Positions 29,947-40,557 of a DNA stretch of 64,000 nt are shown piece after piece; positions within the stretch are counted from its first letter, which is position 1, and each line of letters opens with the position of its first letter. Under the pieces are notes generated by a model that made no database searches, was not told where the DNA came from, and saw only the letters and a list, made by a program, of their open reading frames with translations. The stretch is from an uncultured delta proteobacterium (GTDB lineage Bacteria > Myxococcota > Myxococcia > Myxococcales > Myxococcaceae), in NCBI GenBank assembly GCA_963796055.1, contig CAWCKH010000004.1, positions 1,184,001 to 1,248,000 of the forward strand. The letters are read 5' to 3'. The position numbers and the translations under genes are program-made.

Positions 29947-30857
29947 TGTGCGCGACCTGCGGGTGCTCCGGAACGATCGGCGTGGAACTGACGGCACTCG
30001 GGCCGGATGCCCACGACCACGACCACGCTGACCACCCGGCGCACGAGCACGGGCACTCCCACACGCACGAACACGAAGACGGGCACTCCCACGCGCACGA
30101 CCACGAACACGGGCACTCCCACGCGCACGACCACGAACACGGGCACTCCCACGCGCATGACCACGCTGCGAGCTCGACGGCCGCCCGGACCGTGCAGCTC
30201 GAGCAGGAGATCCTGGGCAAGAACCGCCTCCTCGCCGAGCGGAACCGGGGCTGGCTCCAGGGACGCGAGATCTTCGCCGTGAATCTCATGAGCTCGCCGG
30301 GCTCGGGAAAGACCACGCTCCTCGAGCGCACCATCCGCGATCTCGGCAAGCAGGTGGTGGTCTCCGTCATCGAGGGGGACCAGGAGACCCGCCTGGACGC
30401 CGAGCGCATCCGGAGCGCCGGCGCGCGGGTGGTGCAGATCAACACCGGAACCGGCTGTCACCTCGATGCGCAGATGCTCGGCCGCGCGCTTCAGGAGCTG
30501 TCGCCCGCGATCGGCTCGCTGCTTTTCGTGGAGAACGTGGGCAACCTGGTCTGCCCGGCGCTGTTCGACCTGGGAGAGGGAGCGCGGGTGGTCATCGCCT
30601 CGACGACCGAGGGCGAGGACAAGCCCCTCAAGTACCCCCACATGTTCCGTGCGGCGGACCTGATCCTGCTCAACAAGGTGGACCTGCTGCCGCACCTCGG
30701 CTTCGACGTCGGACGGTTCATCGCCCACGTCCGCCTGGTGAACCCCGCCGCGGTCCTCGAGATCTCCGCCACCACAGGCGAGGGGCTCCCCGAGTGGTAT
30801 CGCTGGCTGGCGGCCCGGGGCACCACCGACCGGACGGCGCCCGCTGTGAGACGGTGA
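29946..30857 (+). CDS. hypB: Hydrogenase nickel incorporation GTPase HypB
   Basis: MCATCGC, His-rich linker, SSPGSGKTT, GCHLD, ENVGNLVCP, NKVD. Confidence 0.97.
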   Translation: MCATCGCSGTIGVELTALGPDAHDHDHADHPAHEHGHSHTHEHEDGHSHAHDHEHGHSHAHDHEHGHSHAHDHAASSTAARTVQLEQEILGKNRLLAERNRGWLQGREIFAVNLMSSPGSGKTTLLERTIRDLGKQVVVSVIEGDQETRLDAERIRSAGARVVQINTGTGCHLDAQMLGRALQELSPAIGSLLFVENVGNLVCPALFDLGEGARVVIASTTEGEDKPLKYPHMFRAADLILLNKVDLLPHLGFDVGRFIAHVRLVNPAAVLEISATTGEGLPEWYRWLAARGTTDRTAPAVRR

Positions 30858-30878
30858 GCCGGTCGTCGTTCCGGGCTG

Positions 30879-31097
30879 CTACGGCCGGAACGGACGGCCG
30901 TCGATCAGCAGCTCGCCGATCTCCAGCCGCTTGATCCGTGCGGTGCGAATCGCCAGCGCGTTGATCGCCAGCGCGCCCACCGCGACCGCGCCGATCGCCA
31001 GGGCCCCCATGCTGGTGACCGCAAGCGCCGTCCCGAGCCGGGCCAGCGAGCTCTTCGGCCGCGGCCGCCGGCGGCGAAGGAGATGGACCTGCCTCAT
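30879..31097 (-). CDS. Small hypothetical protein
   Basis: GALAIGAVAVGALAI...IKRLEIGEL; GGAG RBS upstream. Confidence 0.55.
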   Translation of the reverse strand: MRQVHLLRRRRPRPKSSLARLGTALAVTSMGALAIGAVAVGALAINALAIRTARIKRLEIGELLIDGRPFRP

Positions 31098-31222
31098 GCC
31101 GAGCCTCCTAGCAGATCCGCGGCACCGACTCTCATGTCCAGCAAGGGGCCGCCCGGAGCGAGGAGTGTCTGGCACCGCGGCGCCGTGACCGCGGGGGCCT
31201 TCGCCCCTATCCTCGACGCCGG

Positions 31223-31729
31223 ATGGCCCGGTTCACCCTCATCGCCGAGAAGTCCGAGCTGTGGGCCGAGGCCCGCTCCAGCCTCCATCCGGTGCGGGTC
31301 CATACCGCGGGCCTGCGGGGCGTCGTCGAGGCAGTGCTCGGCGCCGGCGAGCCGATGCTCGGCAGGCCCACCCACGTCGAGATCGAGGCAAGCCGGCTTC
31401 GCTCCGGCAACGGGCTGGTCGACGGCGAGCTTCAGCGACGGATCGACACGCGGAGCCACCCGACCATCCGCGCCGAGCTGACCGAGGTCGCGCGTGGAAG
31501 CTCGGGCGGGACGCTCCGGCTGACCGGTGCGCTCACCTTCCACGGCGTCACCCGCATGCTCGACGTGGAGGTCACGGTCCGACAGGGAGCCCCGGGCACG
31601 TTGATCATCGAGGGCGGGCGGGCCATCGACCTGCGGGACTTCGGGCTGTCCCCACCTTCGTTCTTGATGTTCAAGATGCAGCCCGAGGTCCAGGTGAGGG
31701 CGAGGCTGGTGGCGGAACGAGAAGGCTGA
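31223..31729 (+). CDS. YceI-family protein
   Basis: LRSGNGLVD, GALTFHGVTR, IDLRDFGL. Confidence 0.85.
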   Translation: MARFTLIAEKSELWAEARSSLHPVRVHTAGLRGVVEAVLGAGEPMLGRPTHVEIEASRLRSGNGLVDGELQRRIDTRSHPTIRAELTEVARGSSGGTLRLTGALTFHGVTRMLDVEVTVRQGAPGTLIIEGGRAIDLRDFGLSPPSFLMFKMQPEVQVRARLVAEREG

Positions 31730-31789
31730 AGCGGCCAAGCCCCTTCGGGGAGGAGGGGATCGCCTGGGCGCGCCGGACCCAGCCCACCG

Positions 31790-33886
31790 TCAGGAGCCGC
31801 TGAGCCGCTGCGTGGGCTGGATCTCCCGGATGCCCTTCGGGTCGATGGTGAGGAAGAACAGCGGCTTCTCCGCCTCCCGCCGGTCGTTGAAGCTGGTCTT
31901 CCCGGTCGCGCCCTCGAAGTTCTTGGTCGCCGCGAGCCCGTCGCGCACCGAGGCCCGATCCAGCGCCGCGGTCTGCTTGTCGAGGAGCAGCCGCAGCATC
32001 CGCGCCGAATCGAAGCCGACGGCGTCCAGCAAGGTGGGGGTGCTGTCCTTGTAGGCCTCGCTGTAGAGGCGGACGAAGCGCTTCGTCGCCTCGTGGCTGC
32101 TGTCCGCGTAGAAGCCGTCCACGAAGACGCTGCAGAGGACGAACTTCCCGCCCCGCTCGATCAGCTGGGGAATGCCGTCCGCGTTCTTCGGCGAGTTCCA
32201 CCCGTTCCCTCCGAGCAAGGTCACGGTGCGGATGTCCTTCTTGCCAGTGGTCTTCTTGAGGTTCTCGATCTCCTTCGGGTCGCAGGTGTTGGTGATGATG
32301 TCCTCCACCGCCAGCGCCGGCGCCACCAGCCCCACCCGCTGCCACTCGTCGGGAATGAAGAGCGCCTCGAAGTCCACGATGGGATCGAGCTTGCTCTTCG
32401 CCTTCTCCACCGCCTTGCGCCGGCGGTAGCTGTCCTTGACGTCCTTGGTGGCCTCCTGGACCTCCTCGAAGTAATCGCGGCGGTCCTCGAGGTAGTACCG
32501 GCCCACCAGCTTCTTGGCCTGGGCGGTGAACGTCGTCTGGTCGGCGGTGTAGCTCTCGGCGCCGCGCATCGCCCCGCCGCGCTCCACCACGTCGTCCCAG
32601 AAGTCGTTGGTCATCTCCACCCCGTACGGCGTGTTGGGGTAGAGGACGGCGAAGCTCCTGTAGCCCATGACCTTGGTGGCCCAGTCCACCAGCGCCTGGG
32701 TCTGGGCCGAGTAGGTCAGCATGTTCCGGAAGACGAACGGACCGATGTCGGTCACGTCCTCGCTCCGGGTGAGGGTCAGCAGTGGCAGGCCGAGGTCCTG
32801 CGCCACCAGCGCCGCGCGCTTGCTGTCCTCGATGAACAGCGGGCCGATGGCCGCCACCGCGCCATCGTTGAAGACCAGCTCCTCCACCGCGGTGGCCGCG
32901 CGCGTGCCGTCGCCCTGCGTGTCCTTGACCACCAGCTCCACGTCGCTGCCCTTGAGCCCCAGGCGAATGCCGCGCATCACCGCCTCGCCGAAGGCCTTGT
33001 ACTTGCCGGTGAGCGGCAGCAGCACGCCGAGCGTCCGCCCGCGCACCTGGCCCACCCGGTCGGCGCGGGCCAGCATCTCCTGCGCCTCGGTGGTATAGGG
33101 GCTGCCCGGGGCGCTGGAGAGCAGCGACTGCAGGGTGGCCTTCAGCCTCGGCACGTCGCGGGTGTGCTGGTACACCCGCGCCAGCTTGAAGGTGAGGAGC
33201 GGCCAGGCCGGGTGCGAGGGCGACAGGTCCGCCTGCACGCGGGCGACCTCGTCGCTGCCCACCTGCGCGTCCACCAGCTCGCCGAGGTGCGCCAGCGCCG
33301 CGCTGCGCTCCTCGGGGGTGGAGGCCTGCTCGGCCTTCTGCAGCGCCATCTTCATCGCCTGGTCGTAGAGGCGGGCGCCCTCGGCGGAACGGCGCAGGGC
33401 ATCCTCCAGCTGCGCCCGCTGCTCGGCTGGAACGCGGTCCCGGAGTGGAAGCAAGGTCTGGTACGCGTCCCGGTAGGCCTTCAGCTCCAGCGCCGACAGG
33501 CCGAGCTTGAACCGCGCGTCCTGCGCCTGGGGGAAGAGGGGGTTCTCGAAGAGCAGCTCGTTGAACTGCTTCCGGGCGTTGACGTAGTCACCCAGCTCGA
33601 AGGAAAGGACCCCGGCCCGGTACAGCGCATCCTCGCCCGCGGTGGTCGCAGGGTAGGCCTTGCGGAAGTTCAGGTAGATCTCGACCTGCTTCCGCTTCGG
33701 CTGACTCTTCGCGCTGGCCTCGAGCTGGGCGAGCGCCTGGTCGGCGCTGGGGTCGTTGCGGATCTCCGCGCTCGGCTTGCGAGGTGGAGCGCCCGGCAGC
33801 TCCGGCATCGCGCCGGAACCCTGGCTGGCACAGGCGAGGGCGAGCAGGACGGCCAGCGCGGCCGCCGCGAGGCGGAGGTGCATCAT
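31790..33886 (-). CDS. LpoA/LppC-like PBP-activator lipoprotein (TPR + periplasmic-binding fold)
   Basis: LALAC lipobox, TPRs, GVLLPLTGKY, IGPL, FEGATG. Confidence 0.85.
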   Translation of the reverse strand: MMHLRLAAAALAVLLALACASQGSGAMPELPGAPPRKPSAEIRNDPSADQALAQLEASAKSQPKRKQVEIYLNFRKAYPATTAGEDALYRAGVLSFELGDYVNARKQFNELLFENPLFPQAQDARFKLGLSALELKAYRDAYQTLLPLRDRVPAEQRAQLEDALRRSAEGARLYDQAMKMALQKAEQASTPEERSAALAHLGELVDAQVGSDEVARVQADLSPSHPAWPLLTFKLARVYQHTRDVPRLKATLQSLLSSAPGSPYTTEAQEMLARADRVGQVRGRTLGVLLPLTGKYKAFGEAVMRGIRLGLKGSDVELVVKDTQGDGTRAATAVEELVFNDGAVAAIGPLFIEDSKRAALVAQDLGLPLLTLTRSEDVTDIGPFVFRNMLTYSAQTQALVDWATKVMGYRSFAVLYPNTPYGVEMTNDFWDDVVERGGAMRGAESYTADQTTFTAQAKKLVGRYYLEDRRDYFEEVQEATKDVKDSYRRRKAVEKAKSKLDPIVDFEALFIPDEWQRVGLVAPALAVEDIITNTCDPKEIENLKKTTGKKDIRTVTLLGGNGWNSPKNADGIPQLIERGGKFVLCSVFVDGFYADSSHEATKRFVRLYSEAYKDSTPTLLDAVGFDSARMLRLLLDKQTAALDRASVRDGLAATKNFEGATGKTSFNDRREAEKPLFFLTIDPKGIREIQPTQRLSGS

Positions 33887-33936
33887 GGGGGTCGCTCCTT
33901 ACCAGACTGCGGCGGACGGGCGACCCCTTGCGAGCG

Positions 33937-34164
33937 CTACGCCAGTCGCTGGGGCGAGTAAGTGACTTCGCGCATCCCACCCTCGGCGTGGATCTGCTCC
34001 AGGAAACGGGAGAAGGCGTCGAGCGTGCAGGCAGGCCCCGGCGGTCCGAGGCGGCAGACCGCCACTCCGTCCCGCTCGACGAGGATGGTCTCTCCGGCCT
34101 GCGCTCGCTCCAGCAGCTCGGCGAAACGGACGATGGCCTCTGCCTCGGCGACTCGGGTCGGCAT
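33937..34164 (-). CDS. Phd/YefM-type antitoxin-like protein
   Basis: EAIVRFAELLERAQAGETILVERDGVAVCRLGP. Confidence 0.6.
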   Translation of the reverse strand: MPTRVAEAEAIVRFAELLERAQAGETILVERDGVAVCRLGPPGPACTLDAFSRFLEQIHAEGGMREVTYSPQRLA

Positions 34165-34559
34165 GCGTCGCATTTCCTCCTGGGCCGCGCGGGTCGCAAG
34201 CCGCATCGAGTCAACCCCGACACACCGCCCGTCCGGGGTGCGGGCGTGCGAGGCGAACCGCGGTCCTCCGAACGGGGAGCGCGCGCAGCCTGCGCCAGAC
34301 CGGTCGCGATCTGTCGCGCGGGACCAGGGACCGGCGCATCGAGATCGGGAAGCACCCGAATGCGTTCGTGCGGATGAAATTCACTTGCGGTGCCAGGGAA
34401 TCCGCGGCTGGTGATTTGTGCGCAGGAGCGTTCCGGCTCCGCCACACGAGGTTGCGCAGGGTTTGCGCCCACGACACCAACGCCACCAGTGTCGAGAACG
34501 CCGGCGCCGGCGGATGGGCGTCGATCTTCGAGCTGAGCCAGCACAGCGCCAACGCCGAC

Positions 34560-34774
34560 GAGGGCCGGCTCTCGACGAGGGCGACAACGAGGTCACCGGT
34601 ATCCACGTCTCGGACAGCGATCCGAGCGCGAACGGCGTCCTCGGCGCCAAGGTGCTCCGGTTCGGCCACGACGGGTGGCGGATGTTCTGGACCCAGCAGC
34701 ACGGCGACAACGTGACCTGGGAAGTCACCCGGGCGAAGCACGGGGACAACGACGACGACCACGACGACTGGTAG
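34560..34774 (+). pseudogene. C-terminal remnant of a PhoX/DUF839-like protein
   Basis: EGDNEVTGIHVSD...WRMFWTQQHGDNVTWE recognised from memory; no N-terminus. Confidence 0.45.
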
Positions 34775-34862
34775 CTGACCGTCCCCTGCCTTCCATTGGA
34801 GCCGCGGGTCCCTTGCGCCCCGCGCGGCGCGGTCCAGAATCTGCCGACCGGGGAGGAGTTCC

Positions 34863-35903
34863 ATGGGCACGCACCCTCTGACCGCCTGCAGCCTCGCGGC
34901 GCTGCTCGGCGTCGCCTCGAGCACCTGGGCCGGCGAAGACCGCGACCGGCCCGAGCACGACCACGAGCGCGAGCACGTCCTCCGCGTTCCGCAGCGGTAT
35001 GCCACCATCCAGGCCGCAGTGGACGCGGCGAGCGACGGCGATCAGATCGTCGTCGGCCGGGGGCACTTCTGCGGCGCGACCATCACCACCCGGGTGGACC
35101 TGAAGGGAAAGCAGGGGGCGACCATCATCGGCTGCGAGGCGCCGGTGTCTGGCGCGTACCGGGTCGGGTTCCTGCTGCCCGATGCGCGGGCCTCCGGGAC
35201 GAAGGTCCACGGCTTTCGCTTCGACGGCCGGGGCGTGTCGAACGCGAACCTCCTGCCTCTCGGCGCGGGCATCCTCGCCCGGTCCGCCGACGACGTGACC
35301 GTGCTGGACAACGACTTCCAGGGGACGTTCCAGGCGGTGACCAACACCGACGGGAGCCACTGGAACGTCCTCTTCAACCGCATCGAGCATCTGACCGCGC
35401 TCACCTGCGATGGCGGATGCGCGGGCGGTGACGCGATCGTGTTCCAGCAGCGGCTGGTGCTGGACCGCCGCCCCACGGGCAATCTCGCCGCCTTCAACCA
35501 TGTCCAGGGAGACATCCCGGATGGGCTGAACGAGTTCTCGATGACCGGGGTCTTCGTCCTCGGCCAGCACCGGGCGCGGGTGGTGGCGAACGTGTTCGAG
35601 ATCCCCGACAACCCCGCCGCCGCGGGTCAGGGCGTGGGCGTGCTGGTGAGCGACCAGTGCTGCGCCAACGTGGTGGTCTCGACCTCCATCAAGACCGATG
35701 TGCTCTTCAACGACGGCCGCCGCTCCGAGCTCGTCCTGCGCGTGGACACCGACGCGCAGGGCGGGGCGGGGAATCTCGAAGGCGCACGCATCTTCGGGAA
35801 TCGCGGAAAGGTCGAACTGCCGGCACAGACGTCACCGCACGTCGCCGCTGCCCGGGACGGAGCCGCCATCGCCCCTCGGTTCGCCCACGTGATCCTCTTC
35901 TGA
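34863..35903 (+). CDS. Exported right-handed beta-helix protein
   Basis: Signal peptide; VPQRYATIQAAVDAASDGDQIVV; repeated beta-helix turns. Confidence 0.8.
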   Translation: MGTHPLTACSLAALLGVASSTWAGEDRDRPEHDHEREHVLRVPQRYATIQAAVDAASDGDQIVVGRGHFCGATITTRVDLKGKQGATIIGCEAPVSGAYRVGFLLPDARASGTKVHGFRFDGRGVSNANLLPLGAGILARSADDVTVLDNDFQGTFQAVTNTDGSHWNVLFNRIEHLTALTCDGGCAGGDAIVFQQRLVLDRRPTGNLAAFNHVQGDIPDGLNEFSMTGVFVLGQHRARVVANVFEIPDNPAAAGQGVGVLVSDQCCANVVVSTSIKTDVLFNDGRRSELVLRVDTDAQGGAGNLEGARIFGNRGKVELPAQTSPHVAAARDGAAIAPRFAHVILF

Positions 35904-35924
35904 CCCTGCGACGCCGGTCCGGCA

Positions 35925-36026
35925 CGAGTTCTCGCGAGGTCGCGAAAACTCGCGACCGATGTACCGGCTCATCCCGGCGAAAGAACTTGGTTCAGACGGG
36001 CGAACGACACCGGCATGCCCGGTGCT
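35925..36026 (+). promoter_or_regulatory. 13-bp palindrome plus putative sigma54 promoter of the RND operon
   Basis: CGAGTTCTCGCGA-GG-TCGCGAAAACTCG (35925-35952); CGGCATGCCCGGTGCT (36011-36026). Confidence 0.45.
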
Positions 36027-36113
36027 CCGGGGGCACCCGTCATGGCCACCGACCGACGGAGCCCCCACCCATCGACTGCCGCCAACCCCGGGCGTGTCGA
36101 GCGCTCACCTCGA

Positions 36114-37124
36114 ATGCTCTCCACGTCGCTCGCGTTGCTGGCCCTGGGCTGTTCCTGGGCCGGGGAGCCCCCTCCGCGGCCAGGGCCCAGCCTGGCTCCC
36201 AGGGTCGTCCGCGTCGGACAGGCCGACCGGGTTCCCCGAGCGGTCCGGACCGAGGTGGTCGGGACCGTCCGCGCCACGCGCGGCGCGACCATCGCCCCGC
36301 TGATCAGCGGCACGGTGACCGAGGTCCGCGTCGGTCTCGGGAGCTCGGTCCGGGCCGGAGAGGTCCTGGTGAGATTGTCGGCCCGCGAGGTCGAGGCGCG
36401 CCTCGAGCAAACCCGGGCCGTCTCGGCGCAGGCCAGGCGCGACCACGATCGGGCCACCACCCTCAAGGAGCAGGGGGCCATGTCCGTCGCTCAGTACGAG
36501 GCAGCCATGTCGCAATGGAGCATCGCCCAGGCGAGACAGGCCGAGGCGAGCACCATCGCCGACCGCACGGTTCTCCGGGCACCGTTCGCCGGGGTGATCA
36601 CCGCCAAGCTCGCCAACGTCGGAGACACTGCGCTGCCCGGGCAAGCGCTCCTCGTCCTGGAAGCCCGTGCGGCGCTCCGCTTCGAGTCGCAGGTCCCCGA
36701 GACCGCCGCGGATGACCTGGCCGTCGGCGACCGTTTGCCGGTTCGGCTCGACGGTCTGGACCAGGACATCGAGGGACGCATCGCCGAGATCCAGCCCGCC
36801 TCGAACGACGCCACCAGAACCCGGCTGGTGAAGATCGACCTCCCGGAGACACCTGGACTCCGGTCCGGCCAGTTCGGTCGGGTGCTGCTCTCCAGCGGCC
36901 AGTCGCTGGTGGTGACGGTGCCCTCGGAGGCGATCGCCCGCCACGGCCAGCTCGAGACCGTGTTCGTGGTCGATTCGGGAACCGCCCGGCTGCGCCTGGT
37001 GCGCTCCGGCCGAGAGCGCGATGGCCGCGTGGAGATCTCCTCGGGCCTCTCCGGGGGCGAGAAGCTGGCGCTGGCCGGAGCCGCGGACCTCATCGATGGC
37101 CAGCGCGTGGAGGAGGCGCGATGA
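36114..37124 (+). CDS. RND efflux periplasmic adaptor (MFP), lipoprotein
   Basis: LALGC; APLISGTV, LRAPFAGVI, ATRTRLVK. Confidence 0.92.
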   Translation: MLSTSLALLALGCSWAGEPPPRPGPSLAPRVVRVGQADRVPRAVRTEVVGTVRATRGATIAPLISGTVTEVRVGLGSSVRAGEVLVRLSAREVEARLEQTRAVSAQARRDHDRATTLKEQGAMSVAQYEAAMSQWSIAQARQAEASTIADRTVLRAPFAGVITAKLANVGDTALPGQALLVLEARAALRFESQVPETAADDLAVGDRLPVRLDGLDQDIEGRIAEIQPASNDATRTRLVKIDLPETPGLRSGQFGRVLLSSGQSLVVTVPSEAIARHGQLETVFVVDSGTARLRLVRSGRERDGRVEISSGLSGGEKLALAGAADLIDGQRVEEAR

Positions 37125-40100
37125 ACCGCTCGCCTCGTCTGGGTCTGGCTGGAGCCATCGCCCAGGCCTTCGTCGCTTCCAGACTGACCCCGCTCCTGAT
37201 CACCGGCTCGGTCCTCCTGGGTCTACTGGCGATCGTGGCTCTCCCGCGCGAGGAGGAGCCTCAGATCAGGGTGCCGGTGGTGGACATCCTGGTCGCCATG
37301 CCGGGGTCGAGCGCCGCGGAGGTCGAGAGCCGGATCTCCGCACCGCTGGAGCGGCTGATGTGGGAGATCCCCGGCGTCGAGTACGTCTACTCGACCAGCC
37401 AGCCGGGACGCGCCCTGATCGTCGTTCGCTACCGGGTGGGTGAGAACACCGAGCAGTCGCTGGTCAAGCTCTACCAGAAGCTCCAGGCGAACCCCGACCG
37501 GATCCCTCCCGGAGCGTCTCCGCCGCTGGTCAAGGCGCGTTCCGTCGACGACGTGCCCATCCTCGCGCTGACCTTTCACTCGCAACGTTACGACCATCTG
37601 ACCTTGCGGCGGGTCGCGGCGCAGGTCGCTGCCGAGATCAAGCACGTGCCCGAGGTCTCGGAGACCACCCTCATCGGCGGCTACCGGCGACAGGTCCGGC
37701 TCCATCTCGACCCGGCCGCTCTCGCCGCCCGCGGGCTTGGGGTTCTCGACCTGCTGCGGGCCCTCGGCCCGGCCAATCGCCAGGAGGTCGCCGGGGCGCT
37801 GACGACCGGCGACCGCGACCTCATCGTCCAGACCGGCGCCTTCTTCACCAGCGCCGACGACGTGGCCTCCGCCGTCGTGGGCGTCCACGCGGGCAACCCG
37901 GTCTACCTCCGGGATGTGGCAGAGGTGAGGGACGACTCCGAGGAGCCGACGCAGTACGTCCTGTACGGCACCGGGGCGGCCAGCACCCGCCGCGTCGACG
38001 GCGAGGAACCGGCGGTCACGCTCTCCATCGCCAAGCGGCCGGGGAGCAATGCCATCGCAGTGGCCCGGGCCGTGCTGGCACAGACCGAGCGGCTGAAGGG
38101 GACGGCGATTCCCGCTGACGTCTCCATCTCGATCACCCGGCACTACGGGGCGTCGGCGGCGGAGAAGTCGAACGAGCTCCTCCTCCATATGGCCATCGCG
38201 CTGGTGGGAGTCTCCCTCCTCGTCCTCTTCCTGCTCGGCTGGCGCGAGTCGGTGGTGGTCGCGGTCGCGATTCCATCGACTCTGGCGCTGATGCTCCTGG
38301 TCTTCTTCCTGCTCGGCTACACGCTCAACCGGATCACGCTCTTCGCGATGATCTTCTCCATCGGCATCCTCGTCGACGATGCCATCGTCGTGGTCGAGAA
38401 CATCGTCCGGCATCGTGATCTCCAGGGGTCGCAGCGCCGCTCGCTCAGGGAGATCGCGGTGGAAGCGGTCGCCGAGGTGGGCAACCCCACAGTCCTCGCC
38501 ACGCTGACGGTGATCGCCGCCATCCTGCCGATGGCGTTCGTCGGCGGCCTGAGTGGGCCGTATCTGCGGCCGATTCCCGTCGGTGCCTCGGTGGCGATGG
38601 TGTTCTCGCTTCTGGTCGCCTTCGTGGTGACGCCCTGGGCCGCCGCGCGACTCCTCCGGTCGCGCGGTGAAGCTCATGCCCCGCGAGAAGATCAGGAGGA
38701 CCGTGCGACCCGGGCTTACCGCTGGCTCATGTCCCGGCTCGTCGGCCGATCGGTCTGGCGCTGGTCGTTCCTGGGCGGGATCGGCGTCCTCCTCCTCGGA
38801 GCCATGGCCTTCGTTCCCGCCGGCTGGGTGCGGGTCAAGATGCTGCCCTTCGACAACAAGAGCGAGCTGGAGATCGTCCTCAACATGCCCGAGGACAGCT
38901 CGCTGGAACGCACTGCGCAGGTGGCCCGGGAGATCGCCGCCGCCATCCGCCAGGAGAAGGAGGTCACCGACTATCAGGTCTACGTCGGGACGGCGGCTCC
39001 CTACAGCTTCAACGGGCTCATGCGGCACTACTACCTCCGGCAGGGCTCCAGCGTGGCGGAAGTCCAGGTCAACTTGCTCCCCAAGCACCAGCGTTCGGTG
39101 CAGAGCCACGCCTTCGCCCTCCGCATCCGACCCACCGTCGCCGCCATCGCCGCCCGTCACGGAGCCCGTGTTGCAGTGGCCGAGGTACCGCCCGGGCCGC
39201 CCGTGCTTCAGACGCTCGTCGCCGAGGTCTACGGGCCGGACCGCGCGACGCGCCAGCGCCTGGCCGAACGCATGCGAACCCTCTTCACCGCCACGCCCGC
39301 GGTGGTCGACGTCGACTGGTACGTGGAGTCTCCGCACCCCAAGGAGGTCCTCGTCGTCGACAAGGAGAAGGCCGCCCTTCACGGCATCACTGCCGACAGC
39401 GTCGCTCGGACGCTCCGCGTCGCGGTGAGCGGCGAGTCGGTCGGGCGACTGCACGTGCCGGATGACCAGGAGGACGTCGACATCGTGCTCGACTTGCCTC
39501 GGATGCAGCGTGCTCAGCTGGCCGATCTGCTGGCCATCCAGCTTCCCGACGGACGTGGTCAGTCCATGGTTCCGCTCAGCGAGCTGGTCCGCGTCGCGAG
39601 CACCGAGGAGGACCGGAGCATCCACCACAAGAATCTCTTGCCGGTGGTCTACGTCACCGGTGACGTCGCGGGGAGCGCCGGAAGCCCGGCCTACGCCATT
39701 CTCCAGATGAACAAGGCCATCGCCGCGTTCGCCGAGCCGGTCGCCATCTACAACTCCACCCAGCCGCCCAGCGATGCACGACCAGCCATCAAGTGGGACG
39801 GGGAGTGGCACATCACGCTCGAGCTGTTCCGCGACCTCGGCGCGGCGCTGGCGATCGTCCTCCTCCTCATCTACGGCCTGCTGGTGGGCTGGTTTCGTTC
39901 CTTCCTGACGCCCCTCATCGTCATGGCGGCCATCCCCTTCTCCCTGGTGGGGATCCTCCCGGCGCATGCGGCCCTGGGGGCGTTCTTCACCGCGCCGTCG
40001 ATGATCGGTTTCATGGCCGGGGCGGGGATCGTGGTGCGCAACTCCATCATCCTGGTCGACTTCGCCGAGGTCAGGATCCGCCAGGGGGTGCCGGTGGAGC

Positions 40101-40396
40101 AGGCAGTCGTGGACGCCGGGGCGGTCCGCTTCCGGCCGATGCTCCTCACCGCGCTGGCAGTGACCGTGGGCTCGGCGATGATCCTCTTCGACCCCATCTT
40201 CCAGGGCCTGGCAATCTCACTGGCCGCAGGAGAGCTCGCCTCCCTGTTCATCAGCCGGATGGCGGTCCCGGTGCTTTACGCGATGACCCGCGGGCGGGGG
40301 CGGCTCGGGGTCGAGGTCGCGACCCCACCTTCCCCGGGGCGAGCGCCCGGCGGCGAGAACCCGCCCTCGCGTCAGCTGCCCGTGTTCCAGGAGTAG
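37121..40396 (+). CDS. RND efflux permease (AcrB/CzcA superfamily)
   Basis: PREEEPQI, GILVDDAIVVVEN, GIVVRNSIILVDF, RFRPMLLT. Confidence 0.95.
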   Translation: MNRSPRLGLAGAIAQAFVASRLTPLLITGSVLLGLLAIVALPREEEPQIRVPVVDILVAMPGSSAAEVESRISAPLERLMWEIPGVEYVYSTSQPGRALIVVRYRVGENTEQSLVKLYQKLQANPDRIPPGASPPLVKARSVDDVPILALTFHSQRYDHLTLRRVAAQVAAEIKHVPEVSETTLIGGYRRQVRLHLDPAALAARGLGVLDLLRALGPANRQEVAGALTTGDRDLIVQTGAFFTSADDVASAVVGVHAGNPVYLRDVAEVRDDSEEPTQYVLYGTGAASTRRVDGEEPAVTLSIAKRPGSNAIAVARAVLAQTERLKGTAIPADVSISITRHYGASAAEKSNELLLHMAIALVGVSLLVLFLLGWRESVVVAVAIPSTLALMLLVFFLLGYTLNRITLFAMIFSIGILVDDAIVVVENIVRHRDLQGSQRRSLREIAVEAVAEVGNPTVLATLTVIAAILPMAFVGGLSGPYLRPIPVGASVAMVFSLLVAFVVTPWAAARLLRSRGEAHAPREDQEDRATRAYRWLMSRLVGRSVWRWSFLGGIGVLLLGAMAFVPAGWVRVKMLPFDNKSELEIVLNMPEDSSLERTAQVAREIAAAIRQEKEVTDYQVYVGTAAPYSFNGLMRHYYLRQGSSVAEVQVNLLPKHQRSVQSHAFALRIRPTVAAIAARHGARVAVAEVPPGPPVLQTLVAEVYGPDRATRQRLAERMRTLFTATPAVVDVDWYVESPHPKEVLVVDKEKAALHGITADSVARTLRVAVSGESVGRLHVPDDQEDVDIVLDLPRMQRAQLADLLAIQLPDGRGQSMVPLSELVRVASTEEDRSIHHKNLLPVVYVTGDVAGSAGSPAYAILQMNKAIAAFAEPVAIYNSTQPPSDARPAIKWDGEWHITLELFRDLGAALAIVLLLIYGLLVGWFRSFLTPLIVMAAIPFSLVGILPAHAALGAFFTAPSMIGFMAGAGIVVRNSIILVDFAEVRIRQGVPVEQAVVDAGAVRFRPMLLTALAVTVGSAMILFDPIFQGLAISLAAGELASLFISRMAVPVLYAMTRGRGRLGVEVATPPSPGRAPGGENPPSRQLPVFQE

Positions 40397-40513
40397 TCCG
40401 ACGCAAGGCTTGCGCGTCCTGATTCCCGCCGCGTCGCGCTCCGAACCCCCCCGTGACGGCTGTCCACTCCTGACGTGTCGAGGACGACGCTCGGCCGCCT
40501 CCCTGCTCCGGGA

Positions 40514-40529
40514 CGGCACGGGAGATGCT
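40514..40529 (+). promoter_or_regulatory. Putative sigma54 promoter of amrS
   Basis: CGGCACGGGAGATGCT (GG-N10-GC). Confidence 0.4.
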
Positions 40530-40557
40530 ATCGACGGGGTGGATGGGGAGTGTGCCC

